Shown here piece by piece: positions 1-10,607 of a stretch of DNA of 64,000 nt. The position numbers and the translations under genes were made by a program. Every line of letters begins with the position of its first letter. Positions within the stretch are counted from its first letter, which is position 1. The notes under the pieces were generated by a model that was not told the origin of the DNA, searched no databases, and saw only the letters and a program-made list of their open reading frames with translations. The DNA comes from Acidobacteriota bacterium (GTDB lineage Bacteria > Acidobacteriota > UBA890 > WLXD01). The stretch spans positions 320,001 through 384,000 of the forward strand of contig CAXWPL010000004.1 in the NCBI GenBank assembly GCA_963666215.2, in the 5' to 3' direction.

Positions 1-223
1 CCGCGGCCTCGAAGCGCTCGGCAAAGAAGCGCGCCCCACGGATCTCGTTGCCGGGCGGATTGATCGTGTCGACCTGCAGGTAGTCCTGCAGCGTCTCGAG
101 AGTCTCGCGACCGATCCGCCGCCAGTCCAAAGCCGCGGTTTGCGCGGCGGTCTGCGACGCGGCCGGTAGCACCACGAGCAGAGCGGTGATCGTCGCGAGG
201 GCCAGTACGGGCAATCGGCGCAT
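1..223 (-). CDS. M20/M25/M40 family metallopeptidase, N-terminal part (runs off window)
   Basis: Manual translation from ATG at 223: signal peptide MRRLPVLALATITALLVV, then LQDYLQVDTINPPGNE, typical of the M20 N-terminus. Confidence 0.75.
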   Translation of the reverse strand, partial: MRRLPVLALATITALLVVLPAASQTAAQTAALDWRRIGRETLETLQDYLQVDTINPPGNEIRGARFFAERFEAA

Positions 224-337
224 CGAATCTCACTCCGTGACGGTCGCCAACAACGTCGACAGGCTAACCTATTGTGCCGACTGCCATTTCGACGATTTTC
301 AATTCTGGGGCGACGCTACCGGAGTGGGTTGAAAGCC

Positions 338-1396
338 ATGAAACGAACCGTGCTCATCGCCGCAACGGCGATCCTGCTTCTGGGCGTCGCCTACGTGCTC
401 GGCTACTTCAACGAGCTCGGCGCGTGGCTGCCTGGCGGGTCATCGATCGAGGTCCACAAGCAACGCTTCGATGCCGATGGCGACGGCACCGTTGACCTCA
501 AGCGATGGCGCATCGGGTCTGGAGAGACGCCACTGGCGGCCCTGTGGCGTTGGGATCGCGACGGTGATGGCAACCCCGAGGTCATCGCGTTCGACTCGGT
601 GGCCGACGCCGACGGCGGCCTCACCGCAACCGGAGCCGTGACAGCCTGGGACATCGGCAATGACGGCGTGCTGGATGAGGGCACAGTTCCGGCGCAGCTG
701 CAAGAGCTGCTGCGCTCGGAGGAGGTCAACGAAGCGTCGGTTGCGGCGGGCGAGGGCGACCTCGAGCTCGTCGACATGCAAACACGCTCCTTCGTCGACG
801 AGATCCACGAACGCTACGACGCCTGGCGCTTGTCGGGCTTTCGCCTGCCCATCGTCGGGGCCAAGTTGCCCGATGCCGACCGTTTGCTGCCCGAGGCACA
901 ACGAGTCTACCGCCACGGCATCCACCAGGGATTCGACATGTACCCCGGCCACGTCGGGGTCCCCACCGGCTGGAATGGCCCCGTGACGGCGTCGAAGGAC
1001 GGCACCGTAATCCGCGCCGACACGCATTTCACCGAGCTCACGCTGACGCAGTACAACGAGCTGATCGCGCTGTCCAAGGAAGCCGGAATGACACCTGCTG
1101 ATGCTCTCGAGCGACTCCGTGGGCGGCAGGTGTGGATCGATCATGGCCACGGCATCGTCACTCGCTACTGCCATCTCGAGCGCGTCGCGGACGGCATCGT
1201 CGAGGGGGCTAGCGTCGAGGCCGGCGACGTTGTCGCTACGGTTGGCAACTCCGGAACAATCGATGGGGTGCGCGGCAGCGAGGCGGGCGCGCACCTTCAC
1301 TTCGAGCTCCGCATCGACGACAGCTACCTCGGCCACGGGTTGACCGCGGAGCAAATCCGCGCCGCCGGTCGAACCATCTTCGGCCTCAGCGAGTAG
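338..1396 (+). CDS. M23 family metallopeptidase with N-terminal DxDGDG Ca-binding-like repeats
   Basis: HQGFD, YCHL and HLHFELR M23 motifs; N-terminal TM/signal; FDADGDG and WDRDGDG repeats; start set at MKRTVL. Confidence 0.85.
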   Translation: MKRTVLIAATAILLLGVAYVLGYFNELGAWLPGGSSIEVHKQRFDADGDGTVDLKRWRIGSGETPLAALWRWDRDGDGNPEVIAFDSVADADGGLTATGAVTAWDIGNDGVLDEGTVPAQLQELLRSEEVNEASVAAGEGDLELVDMQTRSFVDEIHERYDAWRLSGFRLPIVGAKLPDADRLLPEAQRVYRHGIHQGFDMYPGHVGVPTGWNGPVTASKDGTVIRADTHFTELTLTQYNELIALSKEAGMTPADALERLRGRQVWIDHGHGIVTRYCHLERVADGIVEGASVEAGDVVATVGNSGTIDGVRGSEAGAHLHFELRIDDSYLGHGLTAEQIRAAGRTIFGLSE

Positions 1397-1429
1397 TCGC
1401 CGCAGGTTGCTGAGATTGCGCCGGGCCTG

Positions 1430-1870
1430 CTAGCGCGGGAACCAGACGAGCAGGAACGCCCAGTTCGCAGCCAGCAGCCCCACACCGAGCCAACGTCCGT
1501 GGGCGCCGCCAAGTCCCGCGAAGAAGCTCAACACGGGATGTTTCAACGGAGCCGGCGAAAGATCTCTCAACAGACCCGACAGCTCGAGGCCTTGCCCCGC
1601 GACCACCCTCGCCGTCGCCAACGGCACGAATGCCAGCGAGGCCATCGCCACCAGCCCGGCGAGCGGATTCCAGGCGAGAGCCTCACCCCAGGCTCCGCGA
1701 ACAACAGCGACGAAGGCCCGTGTGGCTCCGCAGGTAGGGCACGGAATGCCGGCCAGCGTGAGCGTCGGGCACGCCACCACGATGTGCTCGCTCCAGAAAG
1801 GATAGAGGACCGCCGCACCCAGCAAACCGACGGCCACGACCAGAGCAATCGTCAGGTCGTCACGGCTCAT
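1430..1870 (-). CDS. DUF2752 family membrane protein
   Basis: CP...GIPCPTCGATRA...A..WNP motif. Confidence 0.8.
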   Translation of the reverse strand: MSRDDLTIALVVAVGLLGAAVLYPFWSEHIVVACPTLTLAGIPCPTCGATRAFVAVVRGAWGEALAWNPLAGLVAMASLAFVPLATARVVAGQGLELSGLLRDLSPAPLKHPVLSFFAGLGGAHGRWLGVGLLAANWAFLLVWFPR

Positions 1871-1925
1871 GAGAGATCTCGTCGGCTGTCCAGGCCTTGC
1901 GTCGCGAAACCCGTCGGAGCTGCAT

Positions 1926-2642
1926 TCAGGTGATCTGCCCGGCGCCCAGCAGAATGGCGGTGAACGCGCTGAAGAGGAAGAAGCCGCAGAGGCAAACCAC
2001 GACCACGGGCACGAGCACCGCGGCCAGGGCGCGCGACTGGGGTACCCCGTGGGCCTCCCGGATGCCGATGATCATCACCACGGAGCCCCAGACGAAGGCG
2101 ATGATGCCACCGCACATCGGCACGATCTGAATGAGGCTGGTCGAGCCCCAGACGTAGGCAACGACGCGGTAGGTCGTCTCGAGCGGCTGTGGGGCGCCAC
2201 CGAACAGCAGCAGCGCAAGGTGATAGATGAGGGCGCCGATGGCGGTCAGGACGACCATCATGAACGGAGCCAGTACCAGGCTCCACATGCCGATGCCTCC
2301 AGCGCCGGTGAACGCCGCGAGCTCGTCACCCATCATCGAAGCCGTCCAACCTTCGAACATCGAACGCCAAATCAACGCGAAGAACGTTCCGACTGTTCCC
2401 AGGACGGCGACGTACAACGTCGGATCGCCGAGCCCGCCAACCTGGCGCATCATGCGGAACGCCCTGGCGGGCTCGGTGAGCACCAGCCTCAACGTCTCCA
2501 CCGCTGCTGCTAGCTGCCCGCCACCTTCGCGCTCCCACGGCAGCCCTTGACGCTCCGCCTGAGCGTCTGCCGCCGAATGTGACTCGGCATCCGGCTGCGC
2601 GGCCGATCCGTGCTCCTGCTCACCGAAGTCGTCGGTACTCAA
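1926..2642 (-). CDS. YIP1 family membrane protein
   Basis: LPWE...P..AF motif and about five hydrophobic helices. Confidence 0.7.
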   Translation of the reverse strand: MSTDDFGEQEHGSAAQPDAESHSAADAQAERQGLPWEREGGGQLAAAVETLRLVLTEPARAFRMMRQVGGLGDPTLYVAVLGTVGTFFALIWRSMFEGWTASMMGDELAAFTGAGGIGMWSLVLAPFMMVVLTAIGALIYHLALLLFGGAPQPLETTYRVVAYVWGSTSLIQIVPMCGGIIAFVWGSVVMIIGIREAHGVPQSRALAAVLVPVVVVCLCGFFLFSAFTAILLGAGQIT

Positions 2643-2814
2643 CGTCTGCCTCCTTCAAATCGCGGTTTCCAGGCCTTTTCAGGAAAAGCTTTAGCGCCCG
2701 ACAGCCCTCTTCCGCTATGGTATTAGGAACCGGCCTGCGACAGCGCCTCGTTGGACCCGTGCCCCTGTTCGAATAACCCGACGGTTACCCGCCGTCTACG
2801 ACTTTTGGTGATTT

Positions 2815-4491
2815 ATGACGTCTCTTCGCAGGGCCTCGGTGGTCATCGTGTTGGTTACGGCGGTTGCAGTCTCCATCGGAGCCGGGCCGGGCACCTTCTC
2901 GCAGGCGCAGGACTTCTATCGCCGCATCCAGATCCTCGGTCAGACGTTCGAGCTCATCCAGATGCACTACGTCGAGGAGGTCGACGCCGACGAGCTGTTC
3001 TCCTCGGCGATCAACGGGGCCCTCGAAGATCTCGACCCGCACTCTCACTACTACAGCGCCGACGAGTACAAGACCCTCACCGAGCGCTATCGCGGCGACT
3101 ACTTCGGTATCGGAATCCAGTTCGACATCTTCAACGGGGTCCTGACCGTGCTCGACGCCCTCGAGGGTGGCCCCTCGCAGGCCCTCGGGCTGCGGCCTGG
3201 CGATCAAATTGTCGGGATCAACGGCGAGAACGCCGTCGGGCTCGACGTCGACCAGGTGTACGAGAAGCTGCGCGGGCCCAAGGGCACCGACGTCAACGTC
3301 ACCGTGGCGCGCCCAGCTCTCGACAACGAGCGGTTCGAGTACACGATCACGCGCGATAAGGTCGACGTGTCGCCCATCCTCACCGCGACGATGCTCGAGG
3401 GCGACGTCGGCTACGTGGCTCTGAGCACGTTCTCGCAGCGGGGCGCGCTGGAGCTCGAGCGTCACCTGCGCGAGTTCGAAGAACGCGGCATGCATGGCTT
3501 CATCCTCGATCTGCGCGGCAACCGCGGCGGGTTGATGAACCAGGCCGTGCGCATCACCGACAAATTCATCGGCGGCGACAAGAAGATCGTCTACACCCAG
3601 GGACGCACGCCGAACTCCAACGGCGAGAATTTCTCGACCGACCGCGAAACTCATCCACGGTTCCCGATGGTTGTTCTCGTAGACCACAACTCGGCAAGCG
3701 CGTCGGAGATCGTCGCCGGCGCGCTGCAGGACTGGGATCGCGCGCTCATCGTCGGGCAGCTCACCTGGGGCAAGGCGCTGGTACAGAACCAGTTCCCGTT
3801 CCAGGACGGCTCGGCGCTCTTCCTGACGATCGCCCGCTACTACACTCCGAGCGGCCGCCTGATTCAGCGACCCTACTCGAGCGGTGACGACATGGAGTAC
3901 CTGCAGCCCGACTGGGATGCGCTCGAGGCGGAGGTCGCAATGACGGGCGAGGCAGCTCCTGCCGAGGCACTCGATGCGACAGAGCGGCCGGTCTTCTACA
4001 CCGCCGCCGGGCGTCCGGTTCAAGGTGGTGGCGGCATCGTGCCCGACACCACCGTCGAGCCCACAAAGGTCTCTCGACTGTCGCTGCTGCTCAACTTCCC
4101 ACGCACGGGCTTCCAGTTCGCCACGCGCTACGTTGCGGGCAACGCCGCGAGTCTTCCCACGAGCCTCGAGAGCTACATCGAGGACTTCGAGATCACCGAC
4201 GAGATCCTCGACGAGTACATCGACTTCGTGCTGAGCCCGAGCGTGCAAGAGAGCTTCGAGGCGGCGCCCATCAAGATCGATCGGGAATCACTCGACGCGG
4301 TTCGCGACGACCTGCGGATGTACCTGCGGGCCGATATCGCGGCGAACGTTTGGGGGCAGGGAGCTGGCCGAATCGTCCTGCTGGGCTACCAGAATGTCCT
4401 CGAGGAGGCTTTGCGCCAGATGCCTCAGGCGGCGGCGCTGCTCGACATGAAGCCGCAGCTGGCCGGCGGCGGAGCCAACTCGGCCCACTAG
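2815..4491 (+). CDS. S41 family C-terminal processing peptidase (CtpA-like)
   Basis: LDPHSHY, PDZ GIGI, LDLRGNRGG, SASASEIVAGALQD, ARYYTPSGR. Confidence 0.93.
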   Translation: MTSLRRASVVIVLVTAVAVSIGAGPGTFSQAQDFYRRIQILGQTFELIQMHYVEEVDADELFSSAINGALEDLDPHSHYYSADEYKTLTERYRGDYFGIGIQFDIFNGVLTVLDALEGGPSQALGLRPGDQIVGINGENAVGLDVDQVYEKLRGPKGTDVNVTVARPALDNERFEYTITRDKVDVSPILTATMLEGDVGYVALSTFSQRGALELERHLREFEERGMHGFILDLRGNRGGLMNQAVRITDKFIGGDKKIVYTQGRTPNSNGENFSTDRETHPRFPMVVLVDHNSASASEIVAGALQDWDRALIVGQLTWGKALVQNQFPFQDGSALFLTIARYYTPSGRLIQRPYSSGDDMEYLQPDWDALEAEVAMTGEAAPAEALDATERPVFYTAAGRPVQGGGGIVPDTTVEPTKVSRLSLLLNFPRTGFQFATRYVAGNAASLPTSLESYIEDFEITDEILDEYIDFVLSPSVQESFEAAPIKIDRESLDAVRDDLRMYLRADIAANVWGQGAGRIVLLGYQNVLEEALRQMPQAAALLDMKPQLAGGGANSAH

Positions 4492-5123
4492 CCTTCGTCG
4501 GCCGACCCTGTTGAATGGCGCCTCGGCGGCCTGGGGCTTACGCCCGGCTCAACCCCGGATCGGGTTGAAACAGCGCCGCGGAATCTCCAAAGCCAGAGAG
4601 CGATGGCGGGGGGTGCGACGATGACCACCTCGAGCACCGAGCCGCCGATGTTGTTGCGTGAGAACAAGCTCAGAAGCCACGGCACGACCTCGACTCTGCC
4701 GTTCGTCTTCTGAGCGTGCACGAACATGTTGGCCAGATGAACGTGGTCGCTGGAGAATGGCCACAGCATCGGAACGCCGAACGGCGCGCCCAGATCAACC
4801 GTTAGTGAGTCGAGAACCACGTGCGACCCCCACAGCACGCACACGGCGCCGGCCAGACGTAAAGCGCTCCACTCCAGCCCCGAACGGTGGGCAAACAGCC
4901 ACACGACGGCCGCGAGCACCAAGCCGGCCGCCAGGGAATGGGTGAACCCCTGGTGGTACCGGGCCGGCTCTCCCACCATGAGGCCCGGCAAGAAATCGAG
5001 GTCCGGGCCGTTGGCCAGGAACATCGCGGCGAGCCACAGCTTCCATCGCGGCGCCGAGCCGACCGGGCTTGCGACCGCGTAGATGGCGGTCCCGGCGAGC
5101 GAATGGGCGATAGGAAGCGGCAC
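4488..5123 (-). CDS. Membrane-bound metal-dependent hydrolase (YdjM-like)
   Basis: HSL, PDLD, HQGFTHS, SHVVLD and G.PMLWPFS motifs. Confidence 0.85.
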   Translation of the reverse strand: MPLPIAHSLAGTAIYAVASPVGSAPRWKLWLAAMFLANGPDLDFLPGLMVGEPARYHQGFTHSLAAGLVLAAVVWLFAHRSGLEWSALRLAGAVCVLWGSHVVLDSLTVDLGAPFGVPMLWPFSSDHVHLANMFVHAQKTNGRVEVVPWLLSLFSRNNIGGSVLEVVIVAPPAIALWLWRFRGAVSTRSGVEPGVSPRPPRRHSTGSADEG

Positions 5124-5232
5124 GGATTCCAGCTCCGCGGCACGTGGTTGCGGGCCGCGTCTTGATGGGCGCTTATACGATGACTAGCATCATCGCATTC
5201 TGTTTCCCTGCGGCGCTCGCTACGACTGCCCG

Positions 5233-7278
5233 TTGGCGCCGCTCGCACGCGACCCCAATCGAGTACCCGGATCGATGACATCCTCTCGAGGCGCTCTCGA
5301 GCTACCCCAAGAGCCACGCAGAACCCCCTGGCGCCGAGCCCGGAGCACCGGCTTGGCGAGCGTGATGGCGCTGGCGACGATCTTCTCTCCCGCCGAGCCG
5401 CTGGCGCAGCCCATCGCCGCGGATGCGCTCCCGGAATCGGCCCCCGCTGTGGCAATTGGCGACCTGCCGGTTGTTGCTTGGCTGAGCTCGTCTCAGGCCG
5501 GCGCGCGTGTTCGCGCGGTGGCTCCAATCGATCGTCCGTCGATCATGCTCGGGCCTGGCGATGCGGGCAGCGACGGACCTCCGAGCGCATCGGCAGGCGT
5601 CGACGGCACCGTTTGGGTCGTCGCCGCACGGCATCAAGACGGCAGCGCGCGGCTGTGGACCCAGCGCTTGGTGGGCCGTCGTTGGCTGGCTGCCGAAGCC
5701 GGCCCGGACGCCCGGGGCGCCGATCACCATCCTGTAGTCGTTGCCGGACGTCGGAGCACGTGGATCTCGTGGGTTGGCGACACTAAGCGCGGCAGCGGGT
5801 CGCGAACAACTCTGTATGCCGCGCGCTGGAACGATGGCAGTTGGCAGCCGCCAGAAGTCATCTGGCGCGCCAGGTCACACGTTCAGCCGGGCGCCCCGAC
5901 CATCGCTCTCGACAACCATGACAACCCGCTGGTTGCCTGGGCGGCGGCCCCGGCGAGCGCCACCGGCGAATCGGCATTGCCGGAGATCTGGGCTAGTCAG
6001 CGCATTCAGACCGGAAACAACAGCGGCGCCTGGAGCTCGCCCGCGCGCCTGAGCAGCAACCACGTGCCGGACATCCTTCCCAGCGCAACGTTTGCGCGCG
6101 GCGCCTGGCTGGTGAGTTGGGTCAGCTACTCCGACGCGGGCTACCTACCCGTGGCCAGCTTGGCGCACCGAGCTCCAGCATCGGCATTGGCCACCAGCAC
6201 CTCGACGCTCGAATGGAGCCGACCACAATCACTCAGCGACGAGCCTGGATCGGCGCCGCGAGCGCTCGCGAGCGCCGGGCGACCCACGGTCGTTTGGGCC
6301 CGTCCACAAACAACCCCACACTCTGCCACCACGTTGCGGGCCGCGCGCTGGACAGGACAGGGATGGAGCGCGGTCGCAGACATCGGCCAGGCCTACAACG
6401 CTCGATTCGGAGTGACGACCACACAAACGCGGGCTCTGTTGGCGTGGTTCGAGAATGGCTCGCTGCGCGCGGCGGAGGGATCCGACCGTGGCGTCCGCGG
6501 TCGCCGGCATCGCGGCTTCGCGCTCGATTCCATCGAGCTCGCGGCCAGCAACGCCGCGGTCCCTGTGTCGGCGGATTCCGCGGCGATCAATATCGAGCTC
6601 CCAGCACGATTCCGCGGCATGGGCGACAGCATTACAGAGGGCGTCTACCGAGTCGGGGGAACGCGACTGGTGGGTAAGGGGTACTTTCTCAAGCTGGCGA
6701 AGCTGCTGGCCGCGTTCCTCGGAAAGCCCCAGAGCCTCGTCAACGATAGCAGGGGGGGCGAGATCACGAGCGAGGGTGTATCGCGTCTTCGAGGGCTGCT
6801 TGGTGATCACGCCGACATCACGATGATCATGCACGGCACCAACGACATCGTGCAGCTGATCGACCCCGCAACGATCAACTTCAACGTCAAGTTGATGATG
6901 AACGACACGATCGCGGCCGGGAGCTTCCCTGTGATCTCGAACCTTATTCCGGTGTTGGGGCGCTTCTTCGGCCTCAAGCCGCGGGTCGATACATTCAACA
7001 GCTTGATCGCCAATTCCGTGAGGAGGCGCGGCGCCCTCCTGGCAGACAACTTCTCGAGCTTCCACAACCGCTCCGACCTCTTTTCCGATGAGCTGCACCC
7101 CACGCCCGCGGGCTACGACGAGATGGGCACCAACTGGATGGCCGGTATGCAGCTCCTCCTGAGCGTGCTGCTCGAGCAACAGGACGAGGAGAGCGACCTC
7201 GAGAGAGACCAGGTGGTGAACCCCAATCCCAGCCCGGGCGAAACGATCGACCAGCTGAAGTTGCCCGGCTGTTGCTGA
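5233..7278 (+). CDS. Secreted protein with beta-propeller-like N-terminus and C-terminal SGNH/GDSL hydrolase
   Basis: GDSITEG, GTND and DELHP SGNH blocks; start uncertain. Confidence 0.75.
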   Translation: MAPLARDPNRVPGSMTSSRGALELPQEPRRTPWRRARSTGLASVMALATIFSPAEPLAQPIAADALPESAPAVAIGDLPVVAWLSSSQAGARVRAVAPIDRPSIMLGPGDAGSDGPPSASAGVDGTVWVVAARHQDGSARLWTQRLVGRRWLAAEAGPDARGADHHPVVVAGRRSTWISWVGDTKRGSGSRTTLYAARWNDGSWQPPEVIWRARSHVQPGAPTIALDNHDNPLVAWAAAPASATGESALPEIWASQRIQTGNNSGAWSSPARLSSNHVPDILPSATFARGAWLVSWVSYSDAGYLPVASLAHRAPASALATSTSTLEWSRPQSLSDEPGSAPRALASAGRPTVVWARPQTTPHSATTLRAARWTGQGWSAVADIGQAYNARFGVTTTQTRALLAWFENGSLRAAEGSDRGVRGRRHRGFALDSIELAASNAAVPVSADSAAINIELPARFRGMGDSITEGVYRVGGTRLVGKGYFLKLAKLLAAFLGKPQSLVNDSRGGEITSEGVSRLRGLLGDHADITMIMHGTNDIVQLIDPATINFNVKLMMNDTIAAGSFPVISNLIPVLGRFFGLKPRVDTFNSLIANSVRRRGALLADNFSSFHNRSDLFSDELHPTPAGYDEMGTNWMAGMQLLLSVLLEQQDEESDLERDQVVNPNPSPGETIDQLKLPGCC

Positions 7279-7306
7279 CATCAAGTCGATTCGGCCCAGG
7301 AGCCAG

Positions 7307-8800
7307 ATGAGCGCCAGGCTTGCCCGGCGAGACTTTCTCGGAAAGCTGGCGCGAGCCGCTGGGCTGGCGATGCTGCCGCGCCCCGCCGACACCCTGGGGG
7401 GAGCGGCGCTCGGACAGACCCCAACGGCGCCCGGCACAGTGCCGGGCGAACCGGTCCGCTGGGCATTCGATGTGGACGGTGATGGGCGTCTGGGTGCTCG
7501 CGACCGGACGATCGTGGAGCTCGCCCTCGGCACCGAGCGCGGGGCCCGAGCACTCCTCGGAGACTACGAGTTCCGCGCCGACGTACTCGGGCGTGGACAC
7601 ATAGGCCCCGAGCATCTGAGAGCCTTCGATCGCATGCGGGCGGCCGCCACGGTTTTGCCCCGTCGACCCATCGTGATGGCCTGGCACTACGGCTGGTACG
7701 ACGACAAGACGCGCCGCAACAACCCGGCAACCGTCGATTACGTGGGCGGCAAGTACACGTCGCGCGACCCCCGGGTTGAAGACGAATTCAACCAGCTGCG
7801 CAACGAGTTCGGGATCACCGTCGACATGCTGTCGTGGACCGGCGAGCAGCGGATTCTCGATGCCTATGAGTCGGGGTACTTCGCCACGCGCTCGCTGGCG
7901 AGTCGCCGTTTCGGCCTGCTCTATGAGTCGGTGATTAGCCTTGCTCACGGTTCCGAGGCCCCCATTTCGTTCGCCTCGGGACAGCCTCACGAGGAGCGCC
8001 TCGTTCGCGACTTCCGCAGGATGGCCGCCACGATGACCGTGCGCCCCGGCAGGCTGCACGCGCGTACCTTCCGACTCGACGGCCGCCCGGTGATCTACGT
8101 GTTCGCAAGCCACTTGTTTGGCACCGGCCGCAAGGAGCTGCCCGCCGTCGGCCGCGCTTTCGACCTCGCACGCAACGAATTCGCCAAGGTCGCCGGCACA
8201 CCGCCGTATTTGATCGGCGACGAGGCTCTCTTCCCCGGCGATGTCGAGGTGGGCGAGGATCGACTTTTCCGCTCCACGTACTTTGACGCCATCACGCGGT
8301 ACCACCACTACGACGCTCGTGAGATCCGGCGACTGCGAGGCGGGCGGGACGTGCGCCTCGACGGCAACTACCGCCACCGTGCGCTCGCGCTCGAGCGCCG
8401 CACGATGCACGCTTTCGCAGACGTGCGTAATCGCTACAGTGGCAGCCCGCTGCTCGTCGTCCCGTCGTCGGGAGCAGGCCTTGCCAAGTCGCGGCTACCC
8501 ACGCTGCTGGCTTCGCGCGACGATTACGAGGCGTTCTTGAGGGAAACACAGAGCCTCACCGACGAGCACATTCGCGAGCGTCATGCAGCGCGCTTGGGCA
8601 CTGCCGCGCTGCCAGCGCCGCTGGTCAACGTAGGCTCGTGGAACGAGGAGTTCGAGGGCCATGCGCTCATGCCCGCCAGGGAGAACCAGGCCTTGAGCAG
8701 GCGGCAACACCATGGCTTCGACTGGCTGTTCGCCCTGCGCGCGGTCTACGGCTGGAACCACTACCGCGACCGGCCAATGCTGCCCACCCCACGCACATGA
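7307..8800 (+). CDS. Tat-exported glycoside hydrolase (GH99/GH71-like) with dockerin-like repeat
   Basis: ARRDFL Tat motif; FDVDGDGRLGARD repeat; WHYGWY, DGRPVIYVF, SWNEEFEG. Confidence 0.6.
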   Translation: MSARLARRDFLGKLARAAGLAMLPRPADTLGGAALGQTPTAPGTVPGEPVRWAFDVDGDGRLGARDRTIVELALGTERGARALLGDYEFRADVLGRGHIGPEHLRAFDRMRAAATVLPRRPIVMAWHYGWYDDKTRRNNPATVDYVGGKYTSRDPRVEDEFNQLRNEFGITVDMLSWTGEQRILDAYESGYFATRSLASRRFGLLYESVISLAHGSEAPISFASGQPHEERLVRDFRRMAATMTVRPGRLHARTFRLDGRPVIYVFASHLFGTGRKELPAVGRAFDLARNEFAKVAGTPPYLIGDEALFPGDVEVGEDRLFRSTYFDAITRYHHYDAREIRRLRGGRDVRLDGNYRHRALALERRTMHAFADVRNRYSGSPLLVVPSSGAGLAKSRLPTLLASRDDYEAFLRETQSLTDEHIRERHAARLGTAALPAPLVNVGSWNEEFEGHALMPARENQALSRRQHHGFDWLFALRAVYGWNHYRDRPMLPTPRT

Positions 8801-9096
8801 GTGTCACTCGTCGCGACATCGACGCGATCGCCAAGCTCGCACGTCTCGATCCCACGCGAGAGGAGGCCCAGGCACTGGCCGCGCAGCTCGATCGCATTCT
8901 CGGCTACGTCGCCCAACTCGAGGAGCTCGACGTCACCGACGTACCGCCAACGAAGCACGTTATCGACCTCACCAACGTCGATCGCGACGACGCTCTCGAG
9001 CCGTCGCTCGATCGCGACCTGGTGCTCGGGCAGGCGCCCGAGGCCGAGGATGGTGACGGCCGCTTCGTTGTGCCGCGCGTCATCAACTCCTCGTGA
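8797..9096 (+). CDS. gatC: Asp/Glu-tRNA amidotransferase subunit C
   Basis: MSVTRRDIDAIAKLARL...ILGYVAQLEELD...FVVPRVI; directly upstream of gatA. Confidence 0.92.
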   Translation: MSVTRRDIDAIAKLARLDPTREEAQALAAQLDRILGYVAQLEELDVTDVPPTKHVIDLTNVDRDDALEPSLDRDLVLGQAPEAEDGDGRFVVPRVINSS

Positions 9097-10598
9097 CGGC
9101 CGCGAAGTCGTCGAAAACCGTCCGCAACCGCGGCTGCGCTGAAACCGCTGCCGCCGTGCGCGACGGCTCGCTGACCGCCGTCGAATGTGCGAACGCGGCG
9201 CTCGAAGAGATTGTCGAACGCGACGGCGAGCTCGGCGCCTTCCTGGAGGTATTCTCGGACGATGTGCTCGAAGACGCTCGTCAGATCGACCTCGAGTCAC
9301 ACGAAAACCGCGCGGCGCTACCGCTGGCCGGCGTCCCGATAGCACTCAAAGACAACATCTGTGTCGCCGGTCACCGCACCACGGCGGGCTCCAAGATTCT
9401 CGAACCGTGGACTGCGCCCTACTCCGCCACGGTCGTCGATCGACTACGCGCCGCCGGAGCCATTGTTGTGGGCAAGACGAACCTCGACGAGTTCGCGATG
9501 GGCTCGTCCACCGAGAACTCGGCGCTCGGCCGCACCGTCAACCCGCACGACCTCGAGCGCGTACCGGGTGGCAGCAGCGGCGGCTCGGCCGCCGCGGTAG
9601 CGGCGAACCTGGTTCCGGGCGCCCTGGGCTCCGACACCGGAGGCTCCATCCGACAGCCCGCCGCGTTCTGCGGCCTCGTGGGCTTCAAGCCAACATACGG
9701 CCGTGTATCGCGCTACGGGCTCATCGCCTTCGCGTCGTCGCTCGACCAAATCGGCCCTCTCACACGCAACGTCGACGACGCCGCCCTACTGCTCGAAGTG
9801 ATATCGGGCTTCGATCGACGCGACCCCACCACGGTGGACGGACGCCACGAGAGCTGGTTCCCCACCAATCCGGCGAACCCACAGAGCCTGACGCTTGGCG
9901 TTCCCGCCAACTGGTTCGCCGATGGCCTTGCGCCCGCCGTACAGGGGGCGCTCGAAGAGCTGCTCGGTCGGCTCGAAGCGATCGGCATTACGTTGCGCCC
10001 GGTGGATCTGCCGCACGAGCGCTACTCGATCGCCACCTATTACGTGGTAGCCACCGCCGAGGCGTCCTCCAACTTGGCGCGCTACGACGGTGTGCGCTAC
10101 GGGCTCCGTGTGCGCCATAACGACGATCCCGGCGACACGGAGGATCCGACCCTCGACCACAGCGACATCGACGCGATGTTCGCCGCCACCCGTACGGCCG
10201 GCTTCGGGCCGGAGGTCAAACGCCGCATACTGCTGGGCACCTACGTGCTTTCTGCCGGCTTCAACGACGCCCACTACGGCCGCGCCCAGCGTGTTCGCAC
10301 GCTGATCCGCCGCGACTTCGCCGCGGCTTTCGAGCTCGTCGACGCCATCATCGGCCCAACTACCCCGTCGACCGCCTTCAAGCTCGGCGAAAAACGTGAC
10401 GACCCGCTCTCGATGTATCTCAGCGACGTGTTCACCGTCACCGCCAACCTCGCCGGCCTCCCCGCTATCTCGGTACCATGCGGCAGCGACGAGGCGGGAT
10501 TGCCGATTGGCGCGCAGATCCTCGCGCCACCGTTCGCCGAGCGAACCGTTCTCGAGGTCGCCAAGCTCATCGAGGAGAGCAGCGACAGCGGCGCCTGA
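9093..10598 (+). CDS. gatA: Asp/Glu-tRNA amidotransferase subunit A
   Basis: GKTNLDEFAMGSSTENS, PGGSSGGSAAAV, GSDTGGSIRQPA, SSNLARYDG, FGPEVKRRILLG. Confidence 0.97.
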   Translation: MTAAKSSKTVRNRGCAETAAAVRDGSLTAVECANAALEEIVERDGELGAFLEVFSDDVLEDARQIDLESHENRAALPLAGVPIALKDNICVAGHRTTAGSKILEPWTAPYSATVVDRLRAAGAIVVGKTNLDEFAMGSSTENSALGRTVNPHDLERVPGGSSGGSAAAVAANLVPGALGSDTGGSIRQPAAFCGLVGFKPTYGRVSRYGLIAFASSLDQIGPLTRNVDDAALLLEVISGFDRRDPTTVDGRHESWFPTNPANPQSLTLGVPANWFADGLAPAVQGALEELLGRLEAIGITLRPVDLPHERYSIATYYVVATAEASSNLARYDGVRYGLRVRHNDDPGDTEDPTLDHSDIDAMFAATRTAGFGPEVKRRILLGTYVLSAGFNDAHYGRAQRVRTLIRRDFAAAFELVDAIIGPTTPSTAFKLGEKRDDPLSMYLSDVFTVTANLAGLPAISVPCGSDEAGLPIGAQILAPPFAERTVLEVAKLIEESSDSGA

Positions 10599-10607
10599 GC
10601 GTGTCTA

